Assembly: GCA_038207085.1 (NCBI GenBank)
Contig: JBBRAE010000043.1
Span: forward strand, 1-21,002
Length of the DNA stretch: 21,002 bases
Source: Armatimonadota bacterium
Lineage (GTDB): Bacteria; Armatimonadota; UBA5829; DTLH01
Direction of reading: 5' to 3'
Part shown: positions 1 through 8,129 of the stretch, piece after piece
Layout of the letters: the number at the start of each line of letters is the position of its first letter
How positions within the stretch are numbered: position 1 is the stretch's first letter
Translations under genes and position numbers: made by a program
Notes under the pieces: model-generated
Seen by the model: only the letters and a program-made list of their open reading frames with translations
Told to the model about the DNA's origin: nothing
Database searches by the model: none

Positions 1-86
1 GACCACGAACCCCACGCTCAAAACGACGAAAAACCCCAGGGTTGATGTCCCCGCAGCATACAGCAAACGTGGTGATGGTTGGGAAT

Positions 87-106
87 AAGGGAACAGACAC
101 CTTTTT
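87..106 (-). repeat. REP-like ~20-bp repeat, copy R0 (variant)
   Basis: Reverse complement reads AAAAAGGTGTCTGTTCCCTT(ATTCCC), one substitution from the core of the copies at 3851, 7949, 10187 and 11723. Confidence 0.85.
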
Positions 107-243
107 GACGAGTCAGTTTTGGGCGGACGCACATTGCCCCCAATACCCACTCACCACCAGTGAACAACATTTAACGGAAAGTTCTCCCCCATGATTCCAG
201 TTTTTGCCCGAGTTGCTGTCTTATAATATGGGGAAATACTTTT

Positions 244-273
244 TGGAGTGCGCCGTCTAGACGCCGCACTCCA
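244..273. repeat. 30-bp near-perfect palindrome (GGAGTGCG...CGCACTCC), REP-like
   Basis: TGGAGTGCGC-CGTCTAGACG-CCGCACTCCA, with one mismatched pair. Confidence 0.7.
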
Positions 274-498
274 TACCAACCCCGAAGCCATCCAGCGGCT
301 ATACACCCAGCGCCACAGCTAACTCACCAGAAAGGAGAAACCACCAAGTGAAGACATTCAGTGCCCTCAAACCCTTCATCCCCTCAGTGGTTCAGGAAGA
401 AAATCAGCCCATCATACAAAAACCGACAAAACGAAATCCCCCCACGCTCAATGTCAGCACGAAATCGTTTCGACAAAACCCGGAACTCACCCTCAAAC

Positions 499-536
499 AA
501 AAACCGCCCGGCAGGACTTATCCCACCGGGCGGTTT
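499..536 (-). terminator. Rho-independent terminator of secA
   Basis: Stem AAACCGCCCGG (501-511) / CCGGGCGGTTT (526-536), with a U-rich tail on the minus strand, about 25 nt past the secA stop. Confidence 0.85.
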
Positions 537-560
537 CAACGTCTCTATATGCGAAGCGCG

Positions 561-3500
561 CTACACCTGTTCTTCTTTAAGCAGGCAGCACTTCTTATAC
601 TTCTTGCCGCTGCCGCACGGACACGGGTCGTTTCGGCCTACTTTGCCGTCGATTCTGCGAGGGGCCGACTGTGCAGGCCCACTGTGGCCACCGTCGCCGG
701 AGGTCGGGGCGTCGGGTGCGCTTTCCACCACGTTGTAGTAGCTCTTCCTGCGCACCGGCTCGGGCTTGGCGAGCTGCACGCGGTACATCCAGCGGATGAT
801 GTCATCCTGGATGCTCGCCTGCATCGCCATGAACATGTCATAGGCTTCTTTTTTGTAGGCGATAAGCGGGTCCTGCTGGGCGTAGCTTCGCAGGCCGATG
901 CCTTCGCGCAGGTAGTCCATAGCCTCCAGGTGGTCCATCCACTTGCTGTTGATGATCTGAAGCGCGATGTGCCGCTCAAGGTCGCGCATCACCTCCGGGG
1001 TGACATCCTGCTCCTTGTCCTGATAGGTGCGGTCGGCGACTGCGGTCAGGAAGTCGACAAGCTCGTGCCGCTTTTTGCCACGGACATCCTCGGGCTGAGC
1101 GTAGTGCTCGAGCGGGAATATCTCGTTCAGGAAGGTGTAGAGCGCGTCGTAATCCCACTCACTCGTCGGCATCTGCTCGTTGCAGAAGTTGGCCACAGCG
1201 CCATCGACCGTATCGTTCAAGTACTCGATGTTGGTCTGGCGCAGGTCGACGCCCTGCAGGATCTTCTTGCGCTGCCCATAGATCGTCTCGCGCTGCACGT
1301 TCATAACGTCGTCGTACTCAAGAACATGCTTTCTGATGCCGAAGTAGTAGCTCTCCACCTTCTTCTGCGCGCGCCCGATCATCTTCGACAAGAGCCCGGA
1401 GTCAAGCGCCTGCTCCTCCGGCCAGCCCCGAAGAAGCGGCGACTGGGTCTTGTCTCCAAAAAGTCTCCAAAGCTCGTCTTCAAGGCTCACGAAGAACTTG
1501 GCCGAGCCCGGGTCGCCCTGTCGTCCGGAGCGTCCCCGCAGCTGGTTGTCGATTCGCCTGCTTTCGTGGCGCTCGGTGCCGACGATGTGCAGTCCGCCGC
1601 GGTAGATCACCTCGCGGGCGTCGTCGCTCATCGCTTCCCACTTCTTCAGGTTCTGCTCGCGCCAGGTTTTGAAGTCCCAGTCGGTCTTGGAGGGGTCGAA
1701 GCCGCCTTTAGCCTGGTGAGAGGCCTCGGACTGGACCTCTTCGCTTCCACCGAGGATAATGTCGACGCCTCGTCCCGCCATGTTGGTAGCGATCGTGACC
1801 GCGCCTCTTCGCCCGGCGTCGGTGATGATCTGCGCTTCCATCTCGTGGAACTTGGCGTTCAAGACGCTGTGGACGATGCCCTCTGCAAGCGCCTCGGCAA
1901 GCTTGGGGTTGTCGCCCTCGTCGATGCCGAGCAGTTTCCCAAGCTCCGCCACGTTTTCGGGCAGGAGCATATTGGGGTTGACCTCAAGCGCCTTGGCGAC
2001 TCCGGCGAGCCTCGGAACGGTGAGGTCGTCAAACTTGCCGTTCAGGAGCGCACCGTACTGCGTGCGTTTTTCGTTGTCGATGCTTTTCGAACTGTCGAGC
2101 CTGTTTCTCAGGATGATCGTCGCCGCGAGAAGTTGCAGGCGCTCGGAGATCATCCGGTCGCTCACCCGCTCGGACACCTCGATGGAGCGCGTTCCCACAA
2201 GCACCGGCTGCTGTCGGGAGTAGCAGCGCAGAATCTCCTCGGCGATGCCCCTGAACTTCGCCTCTTCGTTTTTGTAGATCACGTCCGGGTAGTCTTTGCG
2301 AATCATCGGCCTGTTGGTCGGGATCTCGACTACGTCCAGCGCGTAGACCTTGCGGAACTCTTCTTCTTCGGTCTTGGCGGTTCCGGTCATACCGGCGAAC
2401 TTTTTGTAGAGTCTGAAGTAGTTCTGGTAGGTGATCGTCGCAAGCGTCTGGTTTTCCTGCTGGATCTGCACGCCCTCTTTGGCCTCGACTGCCTGGTGGA
2501 GCCCATCGCTCCATCGGCGGCCGAACATGAGTCGTCCGGTGAACTCATCGACGATCACGACCTGGCCATCTTTTACGACATAGTCGACGTCGCGCTTCCA
2601 GACCGCCCGGGCCTTGATCGCGGCGTTGGCGTGCTGCATCAGTTCTAGGTTTTCGGGGTCGGTGATGTTGCCGCATCCGAAAGCCTCTTCGATTTTCTGG
2701 ATGCCTTCTTCTGTAAGCATCGCCGTCTTGGCTTTTTCGTCGACGGTATAATCTGTCTCGTGGCGAAGGCGTGCGGCGACCTTGTCCATCTTGTAGTAGA
2801 GGTCGGTCGACTCATGCGCCTGGCCCGAGATAATGAGCGGGGTTCTTGCTTCGTCGATCAGGATGCTGTCGGCCTCGTCGACGATGGCGTAGTGCTGCCC
2901 GCGCTGCACGAGCTCGTCGTCACGGAACGCCATATTGTCGTAGAGGTAGTCGAACCCGAACTCGCTGTTCATCCCGTAGGTGATGTCGGTCTGGTAGGCG
3001 AGCCTGCGTCCGGCCTTGTTCGCCGGGTCGTAGGGGTTGTTCGCATCGCCCAGTGGCCGGAGGTGCTCCCACTCTTCGGGGTCATCGGGCTCGTAGGTCG
3101 GGTCGTAGATAAACGAGCCACGGCTGGAGCCGTTTTCGGCGCTCTGTCCCTGGATCGCCGAGACGGAAAGCCCAAGGAAGTGATAGATTGGGCCATACCA
3201 ACGGGCGTCTCGTTTGGCAAGGAAGTCATTTGTCGTGACGAGGTGCGCGCCCTTGCCTTCGAGCGCGTTCAAGTAGAGCGGAAGCGTCGCGGTGAGGGTT
3301 TTGCCTTCACCTGTTCTCATCTCGGAGATTCGTCCCTGGTGGAGGACCAACGCGCCGACCATCTGAGAGTCGAAGTGGCGCGCCTTGTTCTCGCCGAGCT
3401 TCCTGCAACCGGCTTCTCGAACGACGGCAAACGCTTCTACCAGCAGATCGTCAGGAGTTTCACCCGCCTCGACCCGCGCGCGAAACTCATCTGTCTTGGC

Positions 3501-3620
3501 GCGCAGTTCGGCGTCAGAAAGCGCCTTCGTCGCAGGTTCGAGCGCGTTGATCTGGTCGACGACCTTCCGGAACTTCTTTATCTCACGCTCATTGGCGTTA
3601 AAAATCGAAAACAGACCCAT
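561..3620 (-). CDS. secA: Preprotein translocase ATPase SecA
   Basis: Motifs MRTGEGKT (Walker A), IVDEADSILIDEARTPLIISG, GMTGTAKTE, TNMAGRGVDI, RRIDNQLRGRSGRQGDPG and C-terminal SEC-C CPCGSGKKYKKCC. GGAG RBS upstream. Confidence 0.99.
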   Translation of the reverse strand: MGLFSIFNANEREIKKFRKVVDQINALEPATKALSDAELRAKTDEFRARVEAGETPDDLLVEAFAVVREAGCRKLGENKARHFDSQMVGALVLHQGRISEMRTGEGKTLTATLPLYLNALEGKGAHLVTTNDFLAKRDARWYGPIYHFLGLSVSAIQGQSAENGSSRGSFIYDPTYEPDDPEEWEHLRPLGDANNPYDPANKAGRRLAYQTDITYGMNSEFGFDYLYDNMAFRDDELVQRGQHYAIVDEADSILIDEARTPLIISGQAHESTDLYYKMDKVAARLRHETDYTVDEKAKTAMLTEEGIQKIEEAFGCGNITDPENLELMQHANAAIKARAVWKRDVDYVVKDGQVVIVDEFTGRLMFGRRWSDGLHQAVEAKEGVQIQQENQTLATITYQNYFRLYKKFAGMTGTAKTEEEEFRKVYALDVVEIPTNRPMIRKDYPDVIYKNEEAKFRGIAEEILRCYSRQQPVLVGTRSIEVSERVSDRMISERLQLLAATIILRNRLDSSKSIDNEKRTQYGALLNGKFDDLTVPRLAGVAKALEVNPNMLLPENVAELGKLLGIDEGDNPKLAEALAEGIVHSVLNAKFHEMEAQIITDAGRRGAVTIATNMAGRGVDIILGGSEEVQSEASHQAKGGFDPSKTDWDFKTWREQNLKKWEAMSDDAREVIYRGGLHIVGTERHESRRIDNQLRGRSGRQGDPGSAKFFVSLEDELWRLFGDKTQSPLLRGWPEEQALDSGLLSKMIGRAQKKVESYYFGIRKHVLEYDDVMNVQRETIYGQRKKILQGVDLRQTNIEYLNDTVDGAVANFCNEQMPTSEWDYDALYTFLNEIFPLEHYAQPEDVRGKKRHELVDFLTAVADRTYQDKEQDVTPEVMRDLERHIALQIINSKWMDHLEAMDYLREGIGLRSYAQQDPLIAYKKEAYDMFMAMQASIQDDIIRWMYRVQLAKPEPVRRKSYYNVVESAPDAPTSGDGGHSGPAQSAPRRIDGKVGRNDPCPCGSGKKYKKCCLLKEEQV

Positions 3621-3748
3621 TAATTATCTCCAGGCGGGCGTCTTACCCGCACCCCTCGCCAAAACGCAACAAAAAAGGAACCTGGGACCGATATCTTCCC
3701 TTGATTCCCATTAGTTGTGCCGCAAATTAGCTCATTTTAATTCAGTAT

Positions 3749-3777
3749 ATGTTATCACGAGAGGGGGAAAAGGTCAA
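3749..3777 (-). promoter_or_regulatory. Putative sigma70 promoter for secA
   Basis: Minus strand TTGACC-N17-TAACAT with a TG extended -10. A second TATACT lies at 3744-3749. Confidence 0.5.
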
Positions 3778-3871
3778 TCGTGTTGAGCGCGTTGCCTGTT
3801 GAGTGTGAACGAGTCGTCTGGAGATTCTTCGCATCTGTGGGTCGTTGTTCAAAAAGGTGTCTGTCCCCTTT
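3773..3871 (+). repeat. 99-bp direct repeat copy 1, ending in REP-like copy R1 (3851-3871)
   Basis: Ungapped match to 11644-11742 with 7 mismatches by manual alignment. Confidence 0.95.
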
Positions 3872-3932
3872 ATTTCTCTTTATCCCCCGACCTCTGATAT
3901 GATCGGATGTGTGTGCGAGACGAACTGCAATA

Positions 3933-3984
3933 GGTGGGTCAATATTCGACGCCGATGGTGGGTCAAGTTTCCACGCTATCGACA
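3933..3984 (-). mobile_element. Solo IS21-family-like terminal sequence (relic)
   Basis: Minus strand TGTCGATAGCGTGGAAACTTGACCCACC-ATCGGCGTCGAATATTGACCCACC: a TGT terminus plus two TTGACCCACC repeats 24 bp apart, the typical IS21 end layout. No istA/istB in the window. Confidence 0.7.
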
Positions 3985-4259
3985 CTCTTACCCTGTAGTT
4001 CCCCTTACATCAGGACAGTGGCAGCCGGTAGGTGTTCGCATCTGTAGTCATAGAGGCGGCAAGAACCAACACCGTGCAGAGTATACAAGCACTAGCTTGC
4101 TTGGCCCTGTTGAGCCGAAGGTCCTTCACACATTCACCACGGGTCCCTGACGAAAGAGAATGGGATGACACTGGCGGTCCACAAATCGCCCAACAACCTC
4201 AACTATATTCATAAAATAGATCCACATCCGGTAGTATTGCCAGTGCGATCATCATCGAC

Positions 4260-4288
4260 TTGACAAATAAAGTCACAGTAGTCATAAT
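4260..4288 (+). promoter_or_regulatory. sigma70 promoter of the large secreted-protein gene
   Basis: TTGACA (4260-4265)-N17-CATAAT (4283-4288). Confidence 0.75.
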
Positions 4289-4394
4289 GCAGGCGAGGGT
4301 TTATGGCTACCTGCCACAAAGTCTACCCCTCACCACGTGGCCCCAGGTCAGGCCATCTCGCCTACTGGGCACTGCGGAAGATGAAAGGGACGAA

Positions 4395-7300
4395 ATGAGG
4401 CGCAAACATCATCACATCCTGATGGCTTGTCTTCTGGCGGCCATCGCTACTACTGGTCCGACGCTGGCGAGTGTTGGAAGCAACCTGGCAAACACAGCTC
4501 TAAAGTGGCTACCTCCGGACGACCCAAACCGCGTGGGGCCTGGTCGGGTCACGCACTTCATGCTCGGAACTCATGGTGACATCAGAAAAGGGACCTGTAC
4601 GACAAGCACTGGTCGCGCCAAACTTGCTGTGTATCCTCTTTCTGGCTGTGACCTCCCCTTGGATGTCGACCACTACTATCTTTGCTGCTCGTATTGTGGC
4701 CCAGGCAGTCCTGGCAAGTCTTGCCTGGAGGTGGAGAGTGGGTGGAGCAGCAAGACCAGTGGGCACTTTGATTGTGTTGGTTTCTTGGATCAGGTTTTCA
4801 GGGATACTGGGTCTGGACTGTTGGATTCATATCTCGGACTCGAACATTGGGAGGTCACATCTCTGTTCAAGACATTGCACGATGATAGCTCACTCAAGAA
4901 GAAGTGGATGTGGCACCCAAATCCTGGATTGCAGGGATACACTGATTCAGATGCAGATGCTGCCAGGCAGATAACTATTGACAATGCTTACTGCGTTGAT
5001 CAGAATGGGCAGTGGACGAACAACGAGTGGTTCAAAGATCTCAGAAAAGGTAGCATTATCATCTTCCGTCCGCTCAACACTAATAGTTCGGCGTGTCGTG
5101 AGAGTCCGTGTTCTTCTTCGTGTAATGGACCGTGGTATTCCGATTGGACTAACTGGCAAGACGCGGAAAGTCATACCGCAATCTGTGTTCTAGGGTACGA
5201 AGAGTCCGGGGCGAATCCAGCTATGGTCAACTGTCGGGCCCCAAAATGTGGCACTCCATGTCCACCGTTTGGCTTGGTCGATGGATTCGATTCTGGGGTC
5301 AAGTATGATGTGTTGAAGCAGTTTCTGATAGATGGGCGTGCCTCACGTTGTGATACCAAGTGTGGCGTTAAAGGACGGAGCCTGTTCGGCTACTTTACTC
5401 TCAACGAGTGTACCTCCACCATCACAGTAACCAAAACAGCTGACTGCGGATCCTCCGTTGACGGCCTTGTGATCTACCTAAAGGACGCCAGTGGGAATGT
5501 CCTGCAGCAGGGAACGATCACCAGTGGCAAAGTCGTCTTCGGCAACATCCCGGCCCCAAACGGCTCAGCCGACTACTACGTGACCGATGCACCCAACGGA
5601 GAGTCTGTGATAGAGATAAATGGCCGCAGGCTAAAAACCGACACTCAGAAGGTCACCGTTACCGAAGGCGACTGCCGGGACTATCCTGTGACGCTGGCGA
5701 ATACCACTCTCTGGACTATCACCGTCAAGAAGTTCAGTGACCAGAACATGAATGGGGTAAGAGACGGGGACTCCGAGTCCTGGCTCGGCGGCTGGCCGAT
5801 CAAGCTCAGTGGCCCGACACCCAGAGATACGCAGATGACGGACGCAAACGGCGAGTGCAAGTTCACCGACTTGCTTCCCGGTGAGTACGCAGTCAGCGAA
5901 GAGAGCTCGGGAATCGTCTGGGAGAAGATAACCACAACCTGTGGCGGTACAACTTACTGCGACTGGCGCACCACTTGGTATGACAAGTCCGGCGACTCTC
6001 AGAAGACCCGGCGGTGGCAGTTCACCGGAGCAAGCACTGCAACCGGACAACTCTACAGCGCCGGAACATGCGGTGCGGGGACCGCACCAACGGTCTCGCC
6101 GGTCCTTATCAACTGCGCGCCGGTCACGCTGAACATCGGGAACGCGCCGCTTGCGACTGTGAAGGCGTTCAAGTTCCACGATCTCAACATGAACGGCGTC
6201 TATGATCCAGTCGGCGAGCCTGATGCCGACGGCGACTTGATCTGGAAGTCAGGTGAGCCGTTCACCGACCGGAACTGTAACGGCATCTGCGACTCGAACG
6301 AGTATTTCAACGATCTCAATCAGAACAAGAAGTGGGACGCACCGGAGACTTACACGGACCTCGACGGTGACAGCCACTACGACTGGACTGAGGGACCGAT
6401 TCACACTTGGCCATTTGCATTGTCGGGCTTCCGGGCCGATAACAGGCCCGTCTGCCACACAGCCCAGACTGGCGAATCAGGATGGGTCACGTTTTCCGAT
6501 GTTGCGCCGAGCAATCTGCCCGGCTATACGCTGAAAGAGGACTGTGATTGGTGCCCTGTGACCCTTGGCTGGACAGGCGATCCCCAGTGGCGGACCACTT
6601 ACCCCGTGCAAGGGGTGAAAAACGGCGGGGCAGCATGCAGTTCAATTGACCGCTGGCAGGCCACGACCGCATGGCAGAGGCAGTTCCTGCTTGCAGGCAG
6701 AGAGGACCGGTCCGAGAGCTTCGGCAACGTCTGTTTGACCACGCTCGACGTTACGAAACTGGTCTACAATGACGGCCTACCCGGGCAGGGGACACCGGTT
6801 CCGGGCACAGGCTGGGAAATGTGTCTTGCCGGCAAAGACCACTATAACCGGGACATCATCCCAAGCTATCCGGCGTGCAATCTGTTGGGGTTGGCTTCCA
6901 AATCGCCGATCGATCTTCCTTGCCAGAGCCCCAAATGGTACAAGAACCTCGTCGATGCCAACGGCAAGTGCTACTTTGTAGACCTTTTGCCGGGACACTA
7001 TCATCTGGCTGAGCAGCCGGATTCCAACTACAAGCTCAAGATCGACAAGGCTATGCTCTGCGGTTTCGATGTTATGTGCTGTCCATGGGAAGCAACACTG
7101 GAGAACTTCAGAAAGGACCTAACCTACACAGTCTACCAAGTCTACCCGGGTGATTCCCAGCAGGCTGATCAGCACTTCGGCGGCTACACTGGCAAGTCTG
7201 GTGACGCTATCACGGCGTCTCCTGGCGTGCTCCAGATAGTTCCGGGGCCGTCCTGGAGCAACTTCAAACAGGCTGACCAGCTCTGTCGGGAAAGCCCCCT

Positions 7301-7892
7301 GAAGAACGTCGTGCTTACTAAGCAGACCCCCAGCTTCATCCAGTGCTCGGAGGTATTTGCTCCGCATCGTGTGACGCAGCGGGGCACGTCAAACATCAGG
7401 CTCTGGTGGCCGCTGATGTATGAGGCCCCCGGCACTCTTTGGACGCTTAACATCCAGTACGGCACCGGCACAGCTGTCCTGTTCCCCGGCGAGACCAGTT
7501 CCGGCTTCTTCCACAACGATGTCTGGCGGTGGCGCATTGAGACTGATCTTGAGCACATCGGGCTGCTGATGGATCTGTTCCACGAGGTGCCGTTTGGTAC
7601 TGACGAGGTGCCGCTTATCTCCGATGAAGGCCTCTATGCAAGAGGCAAGCTCTTGTTGGCTGCGGCAGAGAGCCGATACAAAGCAAGCGACAATGCAGGG
7701 GCGGCAGAGGCACTCTCTGAGTTTGAGCTGATGGTATCTGACGCTTGCATCTCCTCCTCACCTATGCAGCCGCTACCTCGGGGCGCAGGCACCGGAGTTG
7801 CGCAGACTAGTGAGAACCCAGCCTGCTGCAAGCTCCTTATCGACATCGAGTATGTCGCCAAGAAGCTCGGAATATTCGTAAGCAACAAATAG
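4395..7892 (+). CDS. Large Cys-rich secreted protein: signal peptide, NlpC/P60-like domain, SdrD-B/SpaA-like repeats, Ca-binding loops, unknown C-terminal domain
   Basis: Start reassigned to ATG 4395 (GAAAGGGA RBS; MRRKHHHILMACLLAAIATTGPTLA signal peptide). FDCVGF...LRKGSIIIF...HTAIC resembles NlpC/P60 motifs. KKFSDQNMNGVRD...TDANGECKFTDLLPGEYAVSE and VDANGKCYFVDLLPGHYHLAE resemble SdrD-B/prealbumin-like domains. Confidence 0.85.
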   Translation: MRRKHHHILMACLLAAIATTGPTLASVGSNLANTALKWLPPDDPNRVGPGRVTHFMLGTHGDIRKGTCTTSTGRAKLAVYPLSGCDLPLDVDHYYLCCSYCGPGSPGKSCLEVESGWSSKTSGHFDCVGFLDQVFRDTGSGLLDSYLGLEHWEVTSLFKTLHDDSSLKKKWMWHPNPGLQGYTDSDADAARQITIDNAYCVDQNGQWTNNEWFKDLRKGSIIIFRPLNTNSSACRESPCSSSCNGPWYSDWTNWQDAESHTAICVLGYEESGANPAMVNCRAPKCGTPCPPFGLVDGFDSGVKYDVLKQFLIDGRASRCDTKCGVKGRSLFGYFTLNECTSTITVTKTADCGSSVDGLVIYLKDASGNVLQQGTITSGKVVFGNIPAPNGSADYYVTDAPNGESVIEINGRRLKTDTQKVTVTEGDCRDYPVTLANTTLWTITVKKFSDQNMNGVRDGDSESWLGGWPIKLSGPTPRDTQMTDANGECKFTDLLPGEYAVSEESSGIVWEKITTTCGGTTYCDWRTTWYDKSGDSQKTRRWQFTGASTATGQLYSAGTCGAGTAPTVSPVLINCAPVTLNIGNAPLATVKAFKFHDLNMNGVYDPVGEPDADGDLIWKSGEPFTDRNCNGICDSNEYFNDLNQNKKWDAPETYTDLDGDSHYDWTEGPIHTWPFALSGFRADNRPVCHTAQTGESGWVTFSDVAPSNLPGYTLKEDCDWCPVTLGWTGDPQWRTTYPVQGVKNGGAACSSIDRWQATTAWQRQFLLAGREDRSESFGNVCLTTLDVTKLVYNDGLPGQGTPVPGTGWEMCLAGKDHYNRDIIPSYPACNLLGLASKSPIDLPCQSPKWYKNLVDANGKCYFVDLLPGHYHLAEQPDSNYKLKIDKAMLCGFDVMCCPWEATLENFRKDLTYTVYQVYPGDSQQADQHFGGYTGKSGDAITASPGVLQIVPGPSWSNFKQADQLCRESPLKNVVLTKQTPSFIQCSEVFAPHRVTQRGTSNIRLWWPLMYEAPGTLWTLNIQYGTGTAVLFPGETSSGFFHNDVWRWRIETDLEHIGLLMDLFHEVPFGTDEVPLISDEGLYARGKLLLAAAESRYKASDNAGAAEALSEFELMVSDACISSSPMQPLPRGAGTGVAQTSENPACCKLLIDIEYVAKKLGIFVSNK

Positions 7893-7901
7893 GCATGGAA
7901 T

Positions 7902-7940
7902 GGCAGGAGGCGGTCGACTGATTGGCGGCTGTCTCCTGCC
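7902..7940 (+). terminator. GC-rich hairpin after the large gene (terminator-like)
   Basis: GGCAGGAGGCGGTCG / CGGCTGTCTCCTGCC stem with G-U pairs, about 10 nt after the stop. No clear U tract. Confidence 0.55.
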
Positions 7941-7948
7941 TATGGGAC

Positions 7949-7968
7949 AAAAGGTGTCTGTCCCCTTT
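7949..7968 (+). repeat. REP-like ~20-bp repeat, copy R2
   Basis: AAAAGGTGTCTGTCCCCTTT, followed by ATCCCCGGCAAG. Confidence 0.95.
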
Positions 7969-7971
7969 ATC

Positions 7972-8034
7972 CCCGGCAAGGTCGAGGTCGGGCTCAGGGG
8001 ATGGGAGATTGCCACTTTGAGGTGTGAGTTATAG
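7972..8034 (+). pseudogene. 3' stub of a gene, possibly a GH38 alpha-mannosidase-like C-terminus
   Basis: PGKVEVGLRGWEIATLRCEL* resembles the 'LxPFEIxTL' C-terminal strand of GH38 proteins. It begins at R2 and is followed by a + strand terminator. Confidence 0.45.
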
Positions 8035-8053
8035 ATAATCTATGAAGCATGTT

Positions 8054-8085
8054 GGTGCCGGAAATCCGTTTCGGCACCTCTTTTT
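8054..8085 (+). terminator. Rho-independent terminator
   Basis: GGTGCCGGAA / TTTCGGCACC stem followed by TCTTTTT. Confidence 0.8.
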
Positions 8086-8129
8086 CCCATAGTTCGTCCC
8101 TCAGCACGGATCCGTCTACGGATCGGCTG

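Noticed and set aside
10..451. CCCCACGCTCAA shared between about 10-21 and 440-451
   Set aside because: A 12-bp match with only weak flanking similarity, insufficient to call an element.
1881..2159. SecA insertion as an intein
   Set aside because: No N-terminal Cys/Ser block or C-terminal His-Asn, and too short.
348..2648. 766-aa + strand ORF with an AAGGAG RBS-like sequence before GTG 348
   Set aside because: Almost entirely antisense to secA, crosses its terminator and has no recognisable motifs. Long shadow ORFs are expected in GC-rich genes.
2760..3623. 287-aa + strand ORF, and similar ORFs at 8502-9401 and 19388-20131
   Set aside because: Antisense shadows of secA, the sulfatase and glmL.
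3755..3985. Similar short ORFs at 3755-3985 and 11608-11910 sharing KGDRHLF...TTRSHS
   Set aside because: The similarity is only translation of the non-coding 99-bp repeat.
4010..4129. 39-aa minus-strand ORF resembling a signal peptide (MKDLRLNRAKQASACILCTVLVLAASMTTDA...)
   Set aside because: Too short, with a weak RBS and no recognisable family. It could be a decayed gene next to the IS end but cannot be supported.
4141..4180. CTGACGA...GAAA hammerhead-like core
   Set aside because: The required stems and the spacing of the conserved core are absent.
4260..4394. ORF-track N-terminal extension of the large protein
   Set aside because: The TTG at 4260 is the -35 box of the promoter. The RBS and signal peptide point to ATG 4395.
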